This document shows, piece after piece, positions 1 to 11,772 of a stretch of 64,000 bases of DNA. A model generated the notes under the pieces. That model was given only the letters and a program-made list of their open reading frames with translations, was not told where the DNA came from and searched no databases. Origin of the DNA: Blepharisma stoltei ATCC 30299 (Eukaryota; Protista; Ciliophora); the NCBI GenBank assembly GCA_965603825.1, contig CBFDEM010000049.1, positions 1 to 64,000 of the forward strand, read 5' to 3'. Made by a program: the position numbers and the translations under genes. Numbering within the stretch: the stretch's first letter is position 1; each line of letters opens with the position of its first letter.

Positions 1-2626
1 TAACCCCCTAACACCCCTAACACCCTAACACCACTAACACCCCTAACACCCAAACACCCTAACACCCTAACCCCACACCCTAACACCCTAACACCCTAAC
101 ACCCTAACACCCAACACCCTAACACCAACACCCTAACACCCTAACACCCTAACCACCCTAACACCCTAACACCCTAACACCCTAACACCCTAACACCCCC
201 TAACACCCTAACACCCTAACACCCTAACACCCTAACACCCTAACACCCTAACACCCTAACACCCTAACACCCTAACACCCTAACACCCTAACACCCTAAC
301 ACCCTAACACCCTAACACCCTAACACCCTAACACCCTAACACCCTAACACCCTAACACCCAAACACCCTAACACCCTAACACCCAACACCCCTAACACCC
401 TAACACCCTAACACCCTAACCACCCTAACACCCTAACCCCAACCCTAACACCCTAACACCCAACACCCACACCCTAACACCCTAACACACCCTACACCCC
501 TAACACCCTAACACCCTACACCCAACACCCTAACACCCTAACACCCTAACCCCTAACACCCAAACACCCTAACACCCTAACACCCAACACCCTAACACCC
601 TAACACCCAACCCCTAACACCCTAACACCCAACACCCTAACACCCTAACACCCTAACACCCTAACACCCAACACCCTAACACCCTAACACCCTAACACCC
701 TAACACCCTAACCAACCCTAACACCCTAACACCCTAACACCCTAACACCCTAACACCCCTAACACCCTAACACCCTAACACCCTAACACCCTAACACCCT
801 AACACCCCTAACACCCTAACACCCTAACACCCCACACCCCTAACACCCTAACACCCTAACACCCCTAACACCCTAACACCCTAACACCCAAACACCCTAA
901 CACCCTAACACCCTAACACCCTAACACCCTAACACCCTAACACCCTAACACCCTAACAACCCTAACACCCTAACACCCTAACACCCTAACACCCTAACAC
1001 CCTAACACCCTAACACCCTAACACCCTAACACCCTAACACCCTAACACCCTAACACCCTAACACCCTAACACCCTAACACCCTAACACCCTAACCACCCT
1101 AACACCCTAACACCCTAACACCCTAACACCCTAACACCCTAACACCCTAACACCCTAACACCCTAACACCCCTAACACCCTAACACCCTAACACCCTAAC
1201 ACCCCTAACACCCTAACACCCTAACACCCTAACACCCTAACACCCTAACACCCTAACACCCTAACACCCTAACACCCTAACACCCAACACCCTAACACCC
1301 TAACACCCTAACACCCTAACACCCTAACACCCTAACACCTAACACCTAACACACCCTAACACCCTAACACCCTAACACCCTAACACCCTAACACCCTAAC
1401 ACCCTAACACCCTAACCCCTAACACCCTAACACCCTAACACCCTAACACCCTAACACCCTAACACCCTAACACCCTAACACCCTAACACCCTAACACCCT
1501 AACACCCTAACACCCTAACACCCTAACACCCTAACACCCTAACACCCTAACACCCTAACACCCTAACACCCTAACACCCTAACACCCTAACACCCTAACA
1601 CCCTAACACCCTAACACCCTAACACCCTAACACCCTAACACCCTAACACCCTAACACCCTAACACCCTAACACCCTAACACCCCTAACACCCTAACACCC
1701 TAACACCCTAACACCCTAACACCCTAACACCCTAACACCCTAACACCCTAACACCCTAACACCCTAACACCCTAAACACCCTAACACCCTAACACCCTAA
1801 CACCCTAACACCCTAACACCCCTAACACCCTAACACCCTAACACCCTAACACCCTAACACCCTAACACCCTAACACCCTAACACCCTAACACCCTAACAC
1901 CCTAACACCCTAACACCCTAACACCCTAACACCCTAACACCCTAACACCCTAACACCCTAACCACCCCAAACACCCTAACACCCTAACACCCTAACACCC
2001 TAACACCCCTAACACCCTAACACCCCTAACACCCTAACACCCTAACACCCTAACACCCTAACACCCTAACACCCTAACACCCTAACACCCTAACACCCTA
2101 ACACCCTAACACCCTAACACCCTAACACCCTAACACCCTAACACCCTAACACCCTAACACCCTAACACCCTAACACCCTAACACCCTAACACCCCTAACA
2201 CCCTAACACCCTAACACCCTAACACCCTAACACCCTAACACCCTAACACCCTAACACCCTAACACCCTAACACCCTAACCACCCTACACACCCCTAACAC
2301 CCCTAACACCCTAACACCCTAACACCCTAACACCCTAACACCCTAACACCCTAACACCCTAACACCCTAACACCCTAACACCCTAACACCCTAACACCCT
2401 AACACCCTAACACCCTAACACCCTAACACCCCTAACACCCTAACACCCTAACACCCTAACACCCTAACACCCTAACACCCTAACACCCTAACACCCTAAC
2501 ACCCTAACACCCTAACACCCTAACACCCTAACACCCTAACACCCTAACACCCTAACACCCTAACACCCTAACACCCTAACACCCCTAACACCCTAACACC
2601 CTAACCCCTAACACCCTAACACCCTA
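1..2626. repeat. Telomere, (CCCTAACA)n, C-rich strand at the left chromosome end
   Basis: About 325 tandem copies of the 8-mer with scattered indel variants, ending at ...CCCTA|TAAAAAAATT. CCCTAACA is the heterotrich (Blepharisma/Stentor) telomere unit. Confidence 0.99.
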
Positions 2627-2959
2627 TAAAAAAATTCATCAATTAAAATAAAAAAACCTTTTATAAAATTTTAATTAAAGTGGAGCTATTTAAGCACCAG
2701 CTATACATTTTCAACAAAATTTAAACAATCCTAAAAATTCTAAGAAGAAATTTTAAACAATATTTTAAGGGATCTATAGGCTTCGAAAAATTTCTTAGAT
2801 ATAGCAAATAAGCATATAATTAGGTTTCTAATTTTGGTAGGAGATTAGATGCACTTCTGCCTTTTTCAAATATTTCGATTTTGCAATTTTAAGGATTAAG
2901 GATAGATTAAATTGTAATGGGATTATTTAAGTCCATATCAGGCTCAGATGACCCTAAAA

Positions 2960-3360
2960 TATGATCACACATAACGACGATTTTTCTGACGGTGCCACCA
3001 AAATTCGTGATGTCGGGAAAACTCCCCAATACTGCTTTGATCTTACTCAGGACGAGCGGCCGATAGTGCCCAGGGTATAGAAACCGCTCAATACTTCCTT
3101 CTGACACTACCACACGCCTTATGCAGGCAATATGGAATTCCTTTTAGGCTTAATAGATCGCACGATTTAAATCTGGATATCCAAGAAAATAAAATTATAA
3201 GGATTCGCAGTTGATCTACAGAGATATTTGATGAGTTTGCTATCACTGAGGATGATCAGTATATAATCTATATGAATTTGATAAAAATTAAGATTTGCAT
3301 GATCATCTACTTCAAGAAAGGTGAAGCCTTGGTGGTAGACAAAAAATTAGCTCAATAACT
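2960..3360 (+). pseudogene. Possible decayed WD40-like gene remnant
   Basis: Broken frames give DDFSDGATKIRDV, IDRTI*IW and EFAITEDDQYII, which resemble WD40 blades; several stops and frameshifts. Confidence 0.25.
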
Positions 3361-4477
3361 ACAGATGGCATAGCTTGTATAGATTTACAAGAGATAACAA
3401 ATATTGCTATTGAATATAGTGATTTTTAAATATTGTTGAAAAATCAAACATATTTATGAAATGACTTAAGCTGCATCTATAGTTGTCCAATTGCTTTTTA
3501 TGCTTAAAAGATCTCTGCCTTTTATAACTGTTTCTAGCCAATATCTTAATAATTAATGTTTTTGGTTTAAACTTTTAGAAATGAGATTGAATAATAAACA
3601 AAAAATAGAGCTAACTTATTATCTTTTTTATTTTGGTATTGTTCTATCGGCATCTCCATCTGTGATTTTAAAGACACTAGGTTTTTGATTACAGGTATGT
3701 TGTCTAAATTTCGTCCTCTATTTGCAATTCGATTAAAAATAAAATTACTCCTAAGTTTTCCCAATGAGCTTTTCATCATTCTGTTGTTTTTGCTAAATTT
3801 CATGTCTATGATATCCTCTTTTTGAGTTCTATATAGGGATTTCTTTTTAGCCTTCTTTTTTATAAATGCATTGACAGAAAAATCTCAGCATCCTCGCATA
3901 AGCTTCGCAATAATAATCTTTCATGTTTATATTAAATCATATGGAAAATTTTCAAGATTATTACAAGTCTTTAAAGAAATTTTTAATATTTTAAGGGCTT
4001 TTTTAGCCTATTAAACCCTCCTCCTTCTCCTCTAGTTAATACAAATTCAAAATGGTATAAAAATAATTTCTAATTCAATAAAAGATTTCTAAAGCTCAGC
4101 ATGAAATATTATATGTTATATTAATATTATTAACAGTTTTACTCTCTAGGTTAAACCGATCTCTATGAAAGCCTGTGCCACAAAAATAAATATACATATT
4201 TTTGTCACTATCAAAGAAACAGAGTTTTCTCTGAGATCATGCGAGTGGCCACCACAAAGTCTGATAAGTGAAATATTTCCTAAACTAACTTCGCAATAGC
4301 CTATATGGCATTTATCTTGTTGAAAGAATTTGCACTAATACTCAAAAATTTCAAAAATAAATAATTCATCTTTCTACAAATTATATAATTATAATAATTT
4401 TTAAAGTGATTTATATGCTTCGGCCCTCAATAGTAGATATCCTAATAGTTCTAATAAAATAAATACCATTGAATATA

Positions 4478-5467
4478 ATGAGCAAAATTCCTATATTTGA
4501 CAGCCGCGAATCAATATTAAAAGCTCTTGATGACTGAACTCATGGGTTTACCTTGCAGATACTCGCAATGTACAACTCTCGGCTAGGTGGAATTATAAAA
4601 GACCGTGCTTTAATGAGTATCCCTATAGACGACCACATGGCTCATCGTGGTCATTCAGTCTTCGATACTTTATCTGTAATTGATGGAAAATCATACAAGT
4701 TGCAAGCTCATTTAGATAGAATAATAAGATCTGCTAACCAAGCTAGGATAGAATTGCCCTTAACACGTGAAGAAATGGGAAACGCTTTAAAGCAGCTTGC
4801 AGCCTCTACAAATTTGAGATTCTGCAAACTCAGATATTGAATTTCTGCAGGGCCAGGATCTGTGACTGTTATGCCATGGCCTAAGATGTCGACTTTTTAT
4901 GCAATAGTTTACGCAGGAGATGTAAGGACCGGAAATAGTGATATTAAAAATGAATTTACCTCGTCTATACCTCTAAAGCCAAAATTGTTAGCAACTATGA
5001 AATCGACTAATTATTTATTAAATGCCCTTTGTGCAATGGAATCAAGTGATAAAGGAGGATGAATTGGACTGCAGAAAGATGAAGAAGGGTTTATAACAGA
5101 AGGTCCAGTCGCTAATATTTCCTTTGTGTTGCCTGGAGGGAGGTTTTTGACTCCTCCTTTTGATGATATTTTGAGAGGGACGACTATTCCATCAATAATT
5201 GCTCATGCAAATGAATTAGTGGAGAGAGGATTATTGACGTCAGTTGAGCAGAGGCAGATTCATATAGATGAAGCCAAAACGTGCGAAGAAATGTTTTACT
5301 CAACCGCTGATTCAATTCACCCTGTTTTAGAATGGGATGGAAGAAGAATAGGAAATGGCACAAGAGGTCCGATAGTTGAAGAGCTCATAAATTTTCAATT
5401 GAGAGACTTTGAAAATCCAGAGCTTTTAGAAGAAATCCCTTATAATTTATATACAAGTGAGAATTAA
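4478..5467 (+). CDS. Class IV PLP aminotransferase (D-amino-acid transaminase / ADC lyase-like), 329 aa
   Basis: ATG 4478; ORFs 4553, 4862 and 5126 share one frame, joined by TGA at 4535, 4838 and 5060. Motifs IPIDDHMAHRGHSVFDT, LRY(W)ISAGPG, KSTNYL, EGPVAN, ILRGTT. Confidence 0.9.
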
Positions 5468-5486
5468 TTAATAAAATCTCAATAAA

Positions 5487-6923
5487 ATGTATCAAACTTT
5501 TGATTTCAATGATAGCTTAGACCACAAAAAAGACTTGAAATTCAAAGAAATAGCCCATTATGCAAAAAAACCAGGATCTACCAAGTGATTTCATGATAAT
5601 TCTGGACTTCCTTATTCAACGCTAATGAGTCATTATAAGCCAACTCTTCCAACTACTCCTCAGACAAAAACTCATAGAAATTCTTCTTGAGATTTACTAA
5701 GCCCTACAAATGCCAATTTTACTCACAATTATTCACAAATTATAGAAAATAAACTAAAAGATTCAATCGGAAAAAGCCACCCAGAAAATCAAATGGGTCA
5801 CTGTTATAAATTAACTCCAAAAGAGGCTATATTAAAGGTAGAAGACGCTTTAAAATATTTGAAATTAAGGGAAATTGGGTGCAGCAAACAAGAAGCTATT
5901 ACATTTTGCAGCAGAGATAGGTGCACTCATTCAGTGCCTGAATATGAACTTCCTGCAAGATTACGAACGAACCATAGCTCAAGGACTTTAGTAAACCAAG
6001 AAAATTCGAAATATAAGCTGTATAAGTCAAGTATGGAAGTGGAGTGTTTTGATTCTGTAAATAAAGCAATTACTAATTATTTAATTGCTCATAGGTATGA
6101 ACCTGAACCTTATATGAATTCGTATATAGAAGAATGCCATCAAGATAATCTAACTGAATTAGCGAAAAAAGAAAATAATGAAATAACTATATTGGAAACA
6201 GAAGAATTTATAGACGAGGCCAATAAATTGTACAATTTTAAATTGCCTTTTAGAACTCTGCTAGAAAAAATTATTAATAAGAATACCCTTGAAAAAATAG
6301 AAATTTCGCCTAAAAATTCTACAGTAAAGAATTTTGATGATTTTGCATCGGAAAGGCCATTAATTAGGTTTTCCTCCATAATCACTCCAAAAAAGGAGCC
6401 TAAAAAGAGCAGCCCAGAAAAAATGAGCTTTTCTCAAATTCTTCATCCGCAAACAATCCCAAAGCAAACAGTTAATGAGCAAACTGATCATAATATCCTT
6501 ATAAAATCAGAATCTTCCAAGTCTTATGAATTAAAATTAAAACAATCTCGACGTGATTTTTTAAACATGAAAAATCTCGAAGAAAAAATAAAGCAAAATA
6601 TAATCAATTCCAAATATGAACTTTATGAAAAAATTTGTAAAAAAGCTTCACAAAATGATGCATTAATTAGAAAAAAGCAAGAAAAAAAGCAGCAAATTGA
6701 TGAAGATATGCAAAAACAATTAGAATTAAAATTTGAAGAAATTAAAGAGAAAATGGAAAAAGCCAAGCAGGAAAGATTAAAATTAAAAGAAGGAAAAAAA
6801 ATAAAAGCAAAAGAATACAATAAAAAACATGATCAGAAAGTTGAGGAACTTAGGGTCAGCAAATCTATTGATTTAGAAAATAGGATGAAAATTATGCTAA
6901 AAAGGCAGAAATCGAAATTTTAA
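5487..6923 (+). CDS. Hypothetical protein with C-terminal K/E/Q-rich coiled coil, 478 aa
   Basis: ATG 5487 is in frame with ORF 5793-6923 through two TGA codons; ends in TAA. Confidence 0.7.
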
Positions 6924-7569
6924 TAATTTTTAATTTTTGATTTTTTCTCTAATATCATTGATAATTTCTAAAGCATATGATGATAATTCTTTATTGCACA
7001 AGCAGCAGTTATCACTAGGCCAATAAATTTGGCATAAAACACAAACATCATCTTCGCAACATCTTTTAGGGATAAATCTCTCCCTTTTGAATTTTTCCCC
7101 ACATATTTTGCATATCGCATATAAAATTTTATCGATTTTTATTTTGGTTTCTTCTGATAATTCACGTTTGCATTCTAAGCAGTTACCCATTCCCATTATT
7201 TGAACTAAGCATTCTCTGCAATAATAATGCTTTAAAGGGCAAATAGATGTCAAGCAATTCTTTACAAAATAAACTATTTTTTTACAGCCATCACAATAGC
7301 CTTTTTCAGAAATAAACTCTTGAGTATAATTATCCCATTTTTCCACCTTCCCAGAACGTAAATTAAAAGCAAAACATTCTTTGCATAAATTATCATGAAA
7401 TTCACTAATTTCTTTAATAATTCCGCAGTTCTTGCAACTAAGATATTTCTCCTGATCTGCCTGAGCCAGTAGGAAGTCATATATAGGTTCAATAATTTTT
7501 CAATAATTATCTTTTTTTAGTGGATCCCTACATATTGAGCAAAAAAAGGGTAATTGATTTATTTCAAGC

Positions 7570-8218
7570 ACTTTCATTTTTTAGAGCGAAATGAGTCACA
7601 GCCTGAACAGTATCTTGAACAACTACCTGAAGCACAGCCTGAGCAGCAACTTGAGCAGCAACTTGAGCAGCATCCTGAGCAGCAACTTGACCAGAAACTT
7701 GACCAGCAACTTGACCAGCAACTTGAGCAGCAATTTGAGCAGCAATTTGAACAGCTACATAAACTACATCATGAACAACACCATGAAAATCTATGTGATG
7801 TACAGCCTGAGCGGCAACTTGAACTACGCACTGAGTGGCAACTTGTATCACAGTCAGAGAGGCAACCTGAACTGCAACATGTACAGCTATCTGAAGAGCA
7901 TCTTGAACAACAACCTGCACAGCAAACTGGACAACATGGTCAAACAAAAGTAGGACTACTGGACATGATACTGTGTAGTTGAAGGTATGAAGAAATGGCG
8001 TGAAGCTGGATTGGAGGTGGTAGGCTTGAAGAGGTAAAGGCACTGGACAAAAGCATAAAACAATATCACATGGAAGTGCTAAGAGAGAGAGCAGCAGGTG
8101 CAGCTAGATTGAGAAGGACACAAGAATTAAAACAGAGTAGAATTACGAATTGATTAAAGCTTGATCCATAAGGATCGGTTAGGCGACTATACGTCGCTAG
8201 ATTTTAGATAAAGATAAA
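7570..8218 (+). mobile_element. Truncated or non-autonomous non-LTR retroelement-like insertion
   Basis: Flanked by a perfect 14-bp direct repeat GATTTATTTCAAGC (7556-7569, 8219-8232). One + frame is open (TGA=Trp) to TAA 8169-8171. Two 3' hairpins (GATCC-ATAA-GGATC 8163-8176; GCGAC-TATAC-GTCGC 8183-8197), a short (AAAGAT)n tail, and higher GC than the flanks. Confidence 0.75.
7638..7757 (+). repeat. 12-bp minisatellite (CTTGAGCAGCAA-like) x10, degenerating out to ~7600-7940
   Basis: Directly visible tandem units; explains the overlapping LEQQ / LSSN / QVAA ORFs on both strands. Confidence 0.9.
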
Positions 8219-8628
8219 GATTTATTTCAAGCTCAGAAAGTAATAGCTTCCCATTAGAAGCTTCAAGTATAATATTATTGGCACACTCTCTGCAATACTT
8301 ATGCGAGCAAATTAACTCTATTTCTTTAGGCTTTACTTTGCATTTTTCACAAAAAGGACTTATTGATATATTAATTGACTGCTCAGTATGATTAACTAGG
8401 CTATCAAGGAAGCCCTCTTGGGCCGGATTTTCATTAAGCAAAGAAATGATATTAATTGAACATTTCTAGTAAAATTTTGTTATTAAACCAAGAATATTAT
8501 TTAATAAAATCAAATTTTGCTTATTAATTTAATTAATGCTATCAATAATTTAATTATCAATCCGCTAAACCAAAATGGCTACTTATTTCACTTTAATTTT
8601 ATAAAAAATCAGTTTATAGGCTATAACT

Positions 8629-9016
8629 ATCGTTTATATTTTAAAAAAAAAATCATATCAGAAGGGTCGGAGTTATTTAATTCGCTTTTAGGAATGTTTT
8701 CATCTTGACTTTTACATTCAAATTCTTCTACACTAGCATCCTCTGTAGAATCCTCTGTATTCCCAGATAATAGATCACTTTCACAATTTTTTCATTCAAA
8801 AGACTTTTTCTCTTCATACTTTGGCTCATCTTTATCTAGCAAAAGATCCAATGGTTCATTAATTATTGTAGTTTTATTATCCAATCGAGGTCCCTCTGAA
8901 ATTTGAGAACTAGAAATTTGATTGTAACCCATATCTTCGTTTGCTGGAGATTCATTCTTTGGAGCCAAGTGCAATATTTTTGATTTTGATTTCTTCTTAA
9001 GCTCCTTTTTTCGCAT
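8629..9016 (-). pseudogene. Low-complexity acidic ORF, possibly the detached 5' part of the RING gene
   Basis: ORF 8792-9016 continues through TGA to a TAG near 8629; stops in all frames separate it from the RING ORF. Confidence 0.3.
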
Positions 9017-10439
9017 TTATTAAGGTGGAGCTGAATTATGAATCTACAAATTAATAAAAATATAGATAGAATTTGCAAAATTTGGAGCTTTTTAATTAGA
9101 AAAAGCAAAAAAAAAGCATTAAGCCGATGAAGGCATGCAAAAACAGTTCAAAAATACAAAAAAAAATTATGAGAAAATAAGGGCTTTTCTCGGTTTAATC
9201 ACCCGTAAGCATTTATATTAAAGTGGCATAAATAATGTCGAAATCACTGGCTTGTGTAATAATTCTAAGTAAATTGATCAGATAGAAATTTAGTGAAATT
9301 TTCTTATAAATCTTTGCTTTCCAAAGTTCTCTAATAAATATCTGATAAAAAAGTCTTTTAATTGAGTCTGATGATAACTAATTAAGAGCTCATAAGAGCT
9401 TCGAAATTGCATGCGCAATGTTATAGATAATAAGTCTGATGATAAAAATATATTGGATATGATATAATATAGAAGCTGATTTTAGTGAGTTCTAAGTAAA
9501 TATGCCATCAGGAGTGATCATTTTGATATATCTAAGATAATCATCTTAGAACGCCTACAGTTATCATTGAAAATGATGAATCTCCAATAGTAATTGACTT
9601 TAAGTATGATATAAAAAATAGCCATGAAGAAAAACCTTCATCAAATCAGTTATTTGTGGTAGAAGAGATGAATTCAAATTTAGAAGAATCCCCAGCACAC
9701 TCTCCAGTACATGGAATTCAAAGGGTGGGCTCGACAGATTTCAATTTTCTTAAGGAAAGTCCAAAAACAGTAGAAACTGAAAAAAGCGGTGATGAAATTA
9801 TGGAGGAATTCAAATTAATCAATTAAATAATTAACCTGCTAGAGAAACTTTAATAGGGCTATATTTTTGATTGAAAATTTACCAATGATCTTTATTGATC
9901 CAATTTTAATTTTTATTAATATAAATATTTCACCAGCTGAGAACTCAACAATGAATTCATTATTAAAATACTTTTTAAAATAATGGAAATTACTTAGAAG
10001 CAAAAACATCTATAATGTATTTTAATATGAAAAATAAAACTTTTTATTAGATCTTATTATCAATTATAAAATTTAAAAATTCTTGATTTTTATATGAAGG
10101 AAATTATGTCAAACACATTTTTATCGTATAAAAATTCAAAGAATTTAAAAAAAGCAGCATTGAGTTTATTCTTGATAAAATTTGAGTTAATTAAATTTTA
10201 TACAAGTTTTGAGCTTATTTAAAATAATCATCAATTTCGTATTCTTATGGCATCTCTACTCAAATCTTATACTTAGAAAATATCAAGCTAAATCACTCTT
10301 TCAGCTCTAGCAGTTACACTTTTATTTTTTAAATAAAATACCACTTTCTTTTCTTCCTTCACCAGCTCTCATTATCCCCACAAAATTTACTTCATAAAAT
10401 CTCTCTTTAAATTCCAATTTAACTTAACTATTCCAAAAC

Positions 10440-11768
10440 ATGGCCTCAATTGGCACTGTAATTCGTAAACTCAGCACCAGGCCTGTGACCTCAAACGCTC
10501 GTCCTACAGTTAAAGCTATCAAAGATCCTACCTTTGAAAAACCTTTAGGTTTAAAAACGACCATTCTCCCTACGAAATCCAAGCACCGTCCATCCAATTC
10601 TTATTCAGGCCAAAGCAAAATTCCTCAGTTTTTCAAAGAAAGCCCGCTAAATAAGCCAATCAAGCCTCTTTCGGAGCACACAGGGCTTGCTACTGCAAAA
10701 ATCGCGACTCCGAAAAGCTCAAATCGACATACCATAAAATCAGCTCGCCATAGGCGAGCTACATCTCTTGCTGACAAGCCAGTTTCCCAAAACACCTGAA
10801 GAAAGCCTGAATCTGACGCAGCTCACCATCGAAAATTTTCGCTTGGAAGCACCATAAAACAAAACCTCGCCATCATCTCTTCTTTTTCTCATGAAACTCA
10901 AAAAGGGTTTATTCCAGGAAATCCTGGAAAAGTCAACCAAGACAATTTTTTTGAGCATCCTTGTGTAGCAGGTTACAATGATTTGCATTTATTTGGTGTC
11001 TGTGATGGACATGGGATGTTTGGAGGAGAGGTTTCTGGGTATGTAAAAAAAAGGCTGCCCGAAATGTTGGCAAAGCACCCTGAAATTTACAGTGATCCTA
11101 AAAAAGTGATAGAAAAATCTGTGATAGAAGTAAATGAAGAATTAAAAAGAATTAATATTGACGTTAGTTTTAGTGGAACAACTCTGATTTTTGTATTGAT
11201 TAAAGGGAGCGTTTTATATTGTGCAAATGTGGGAGATTCCAGAGCGCTAATAGCAAGGCAAGTTAATGACACAGGAAATACGACGACGAGTGGAAGGCAT
11301 TGGATGTCTATTGTATTATCAAGAGACCATAAGCCGGACGAAAAAGATGAATCAGCCAGAATTTTCCAATGGGGTGGAAGAGTAGAAAGCTACCAAGACG
11401 AAAATGGGAACCCATTAGGCCCAGCAAGAGTTTGACTGAGAAATCAGGATTTGCCAGGTCTTGCAATGTCAAGATCACTAGGAGACGCAGTAGCAGCGTC
11501 TGTAGGAGTTATATGTGAACCGGAAATTTTAGAATTTCAAATGACTCCTGAAGACAAATTCATAGTTTTAGGAAGTGATGGAGTTTTTGAATTTATTTCA
11601 AATGAAGATATAGTAAAAACTGCTGTCCCTTATTGGAGAATTAATGACAGCAAAGGTGTATGTGAAGCCTTAGCGAAATTTGCCCATGATAGATGGGTGA
11701 CTGAAGAAGAAGTAATTGATGATATCACAGCAGTTTGTGTGTTTTTAAACATTCCTAATAAAAATTAA
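10440..11768 (+). CDS. Protein phosphatase 2C (PPM family), 442 aa
   Basis: One frame with TGA at 10797 and 11433. Motifs NQD, CDGHG, SGTT, NVGDSR, LSRDHKP, GPARV(W), LAMSRSLGD, GSDG, DDIT. Confidence 0.96.
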
Positions 11769-11772
11769 AAAA

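Larger units (their letters stand above)
6930..8441 (-). pseudogene. Multi-RING/Cys-rich zinc-finger gene interrupted by an insertion
   Basis: ORF 8187-8441 (CEKC..CSHKYCREC) and the frame running into ORF 6930-7346 join in frame when 663 bp are removed: ..SELEIN|QLPFFCSICRDPLKKDNY(W).. completes a C3HC4 RING, and further CxxC clusters follow. No in-frame start found (TAG at 8466-8468). Confidence 0.75.

Noticed and set aside
1-2626. Telomere variants as a coded array or CRISPR-like structure
   Set aside because: No unique spacers; the variants are single-base indels typical of read error.
7554-8043. Three overlapping ORFs (Q-rich, LSSN, QVAA) or a Cys-rich metallothionein as independent genes
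   Set aside because: By-products of a stop-poor 12-bp repeat inside a TSD-flanked insert; the Cys-rich frame is not in frame with the host gene.
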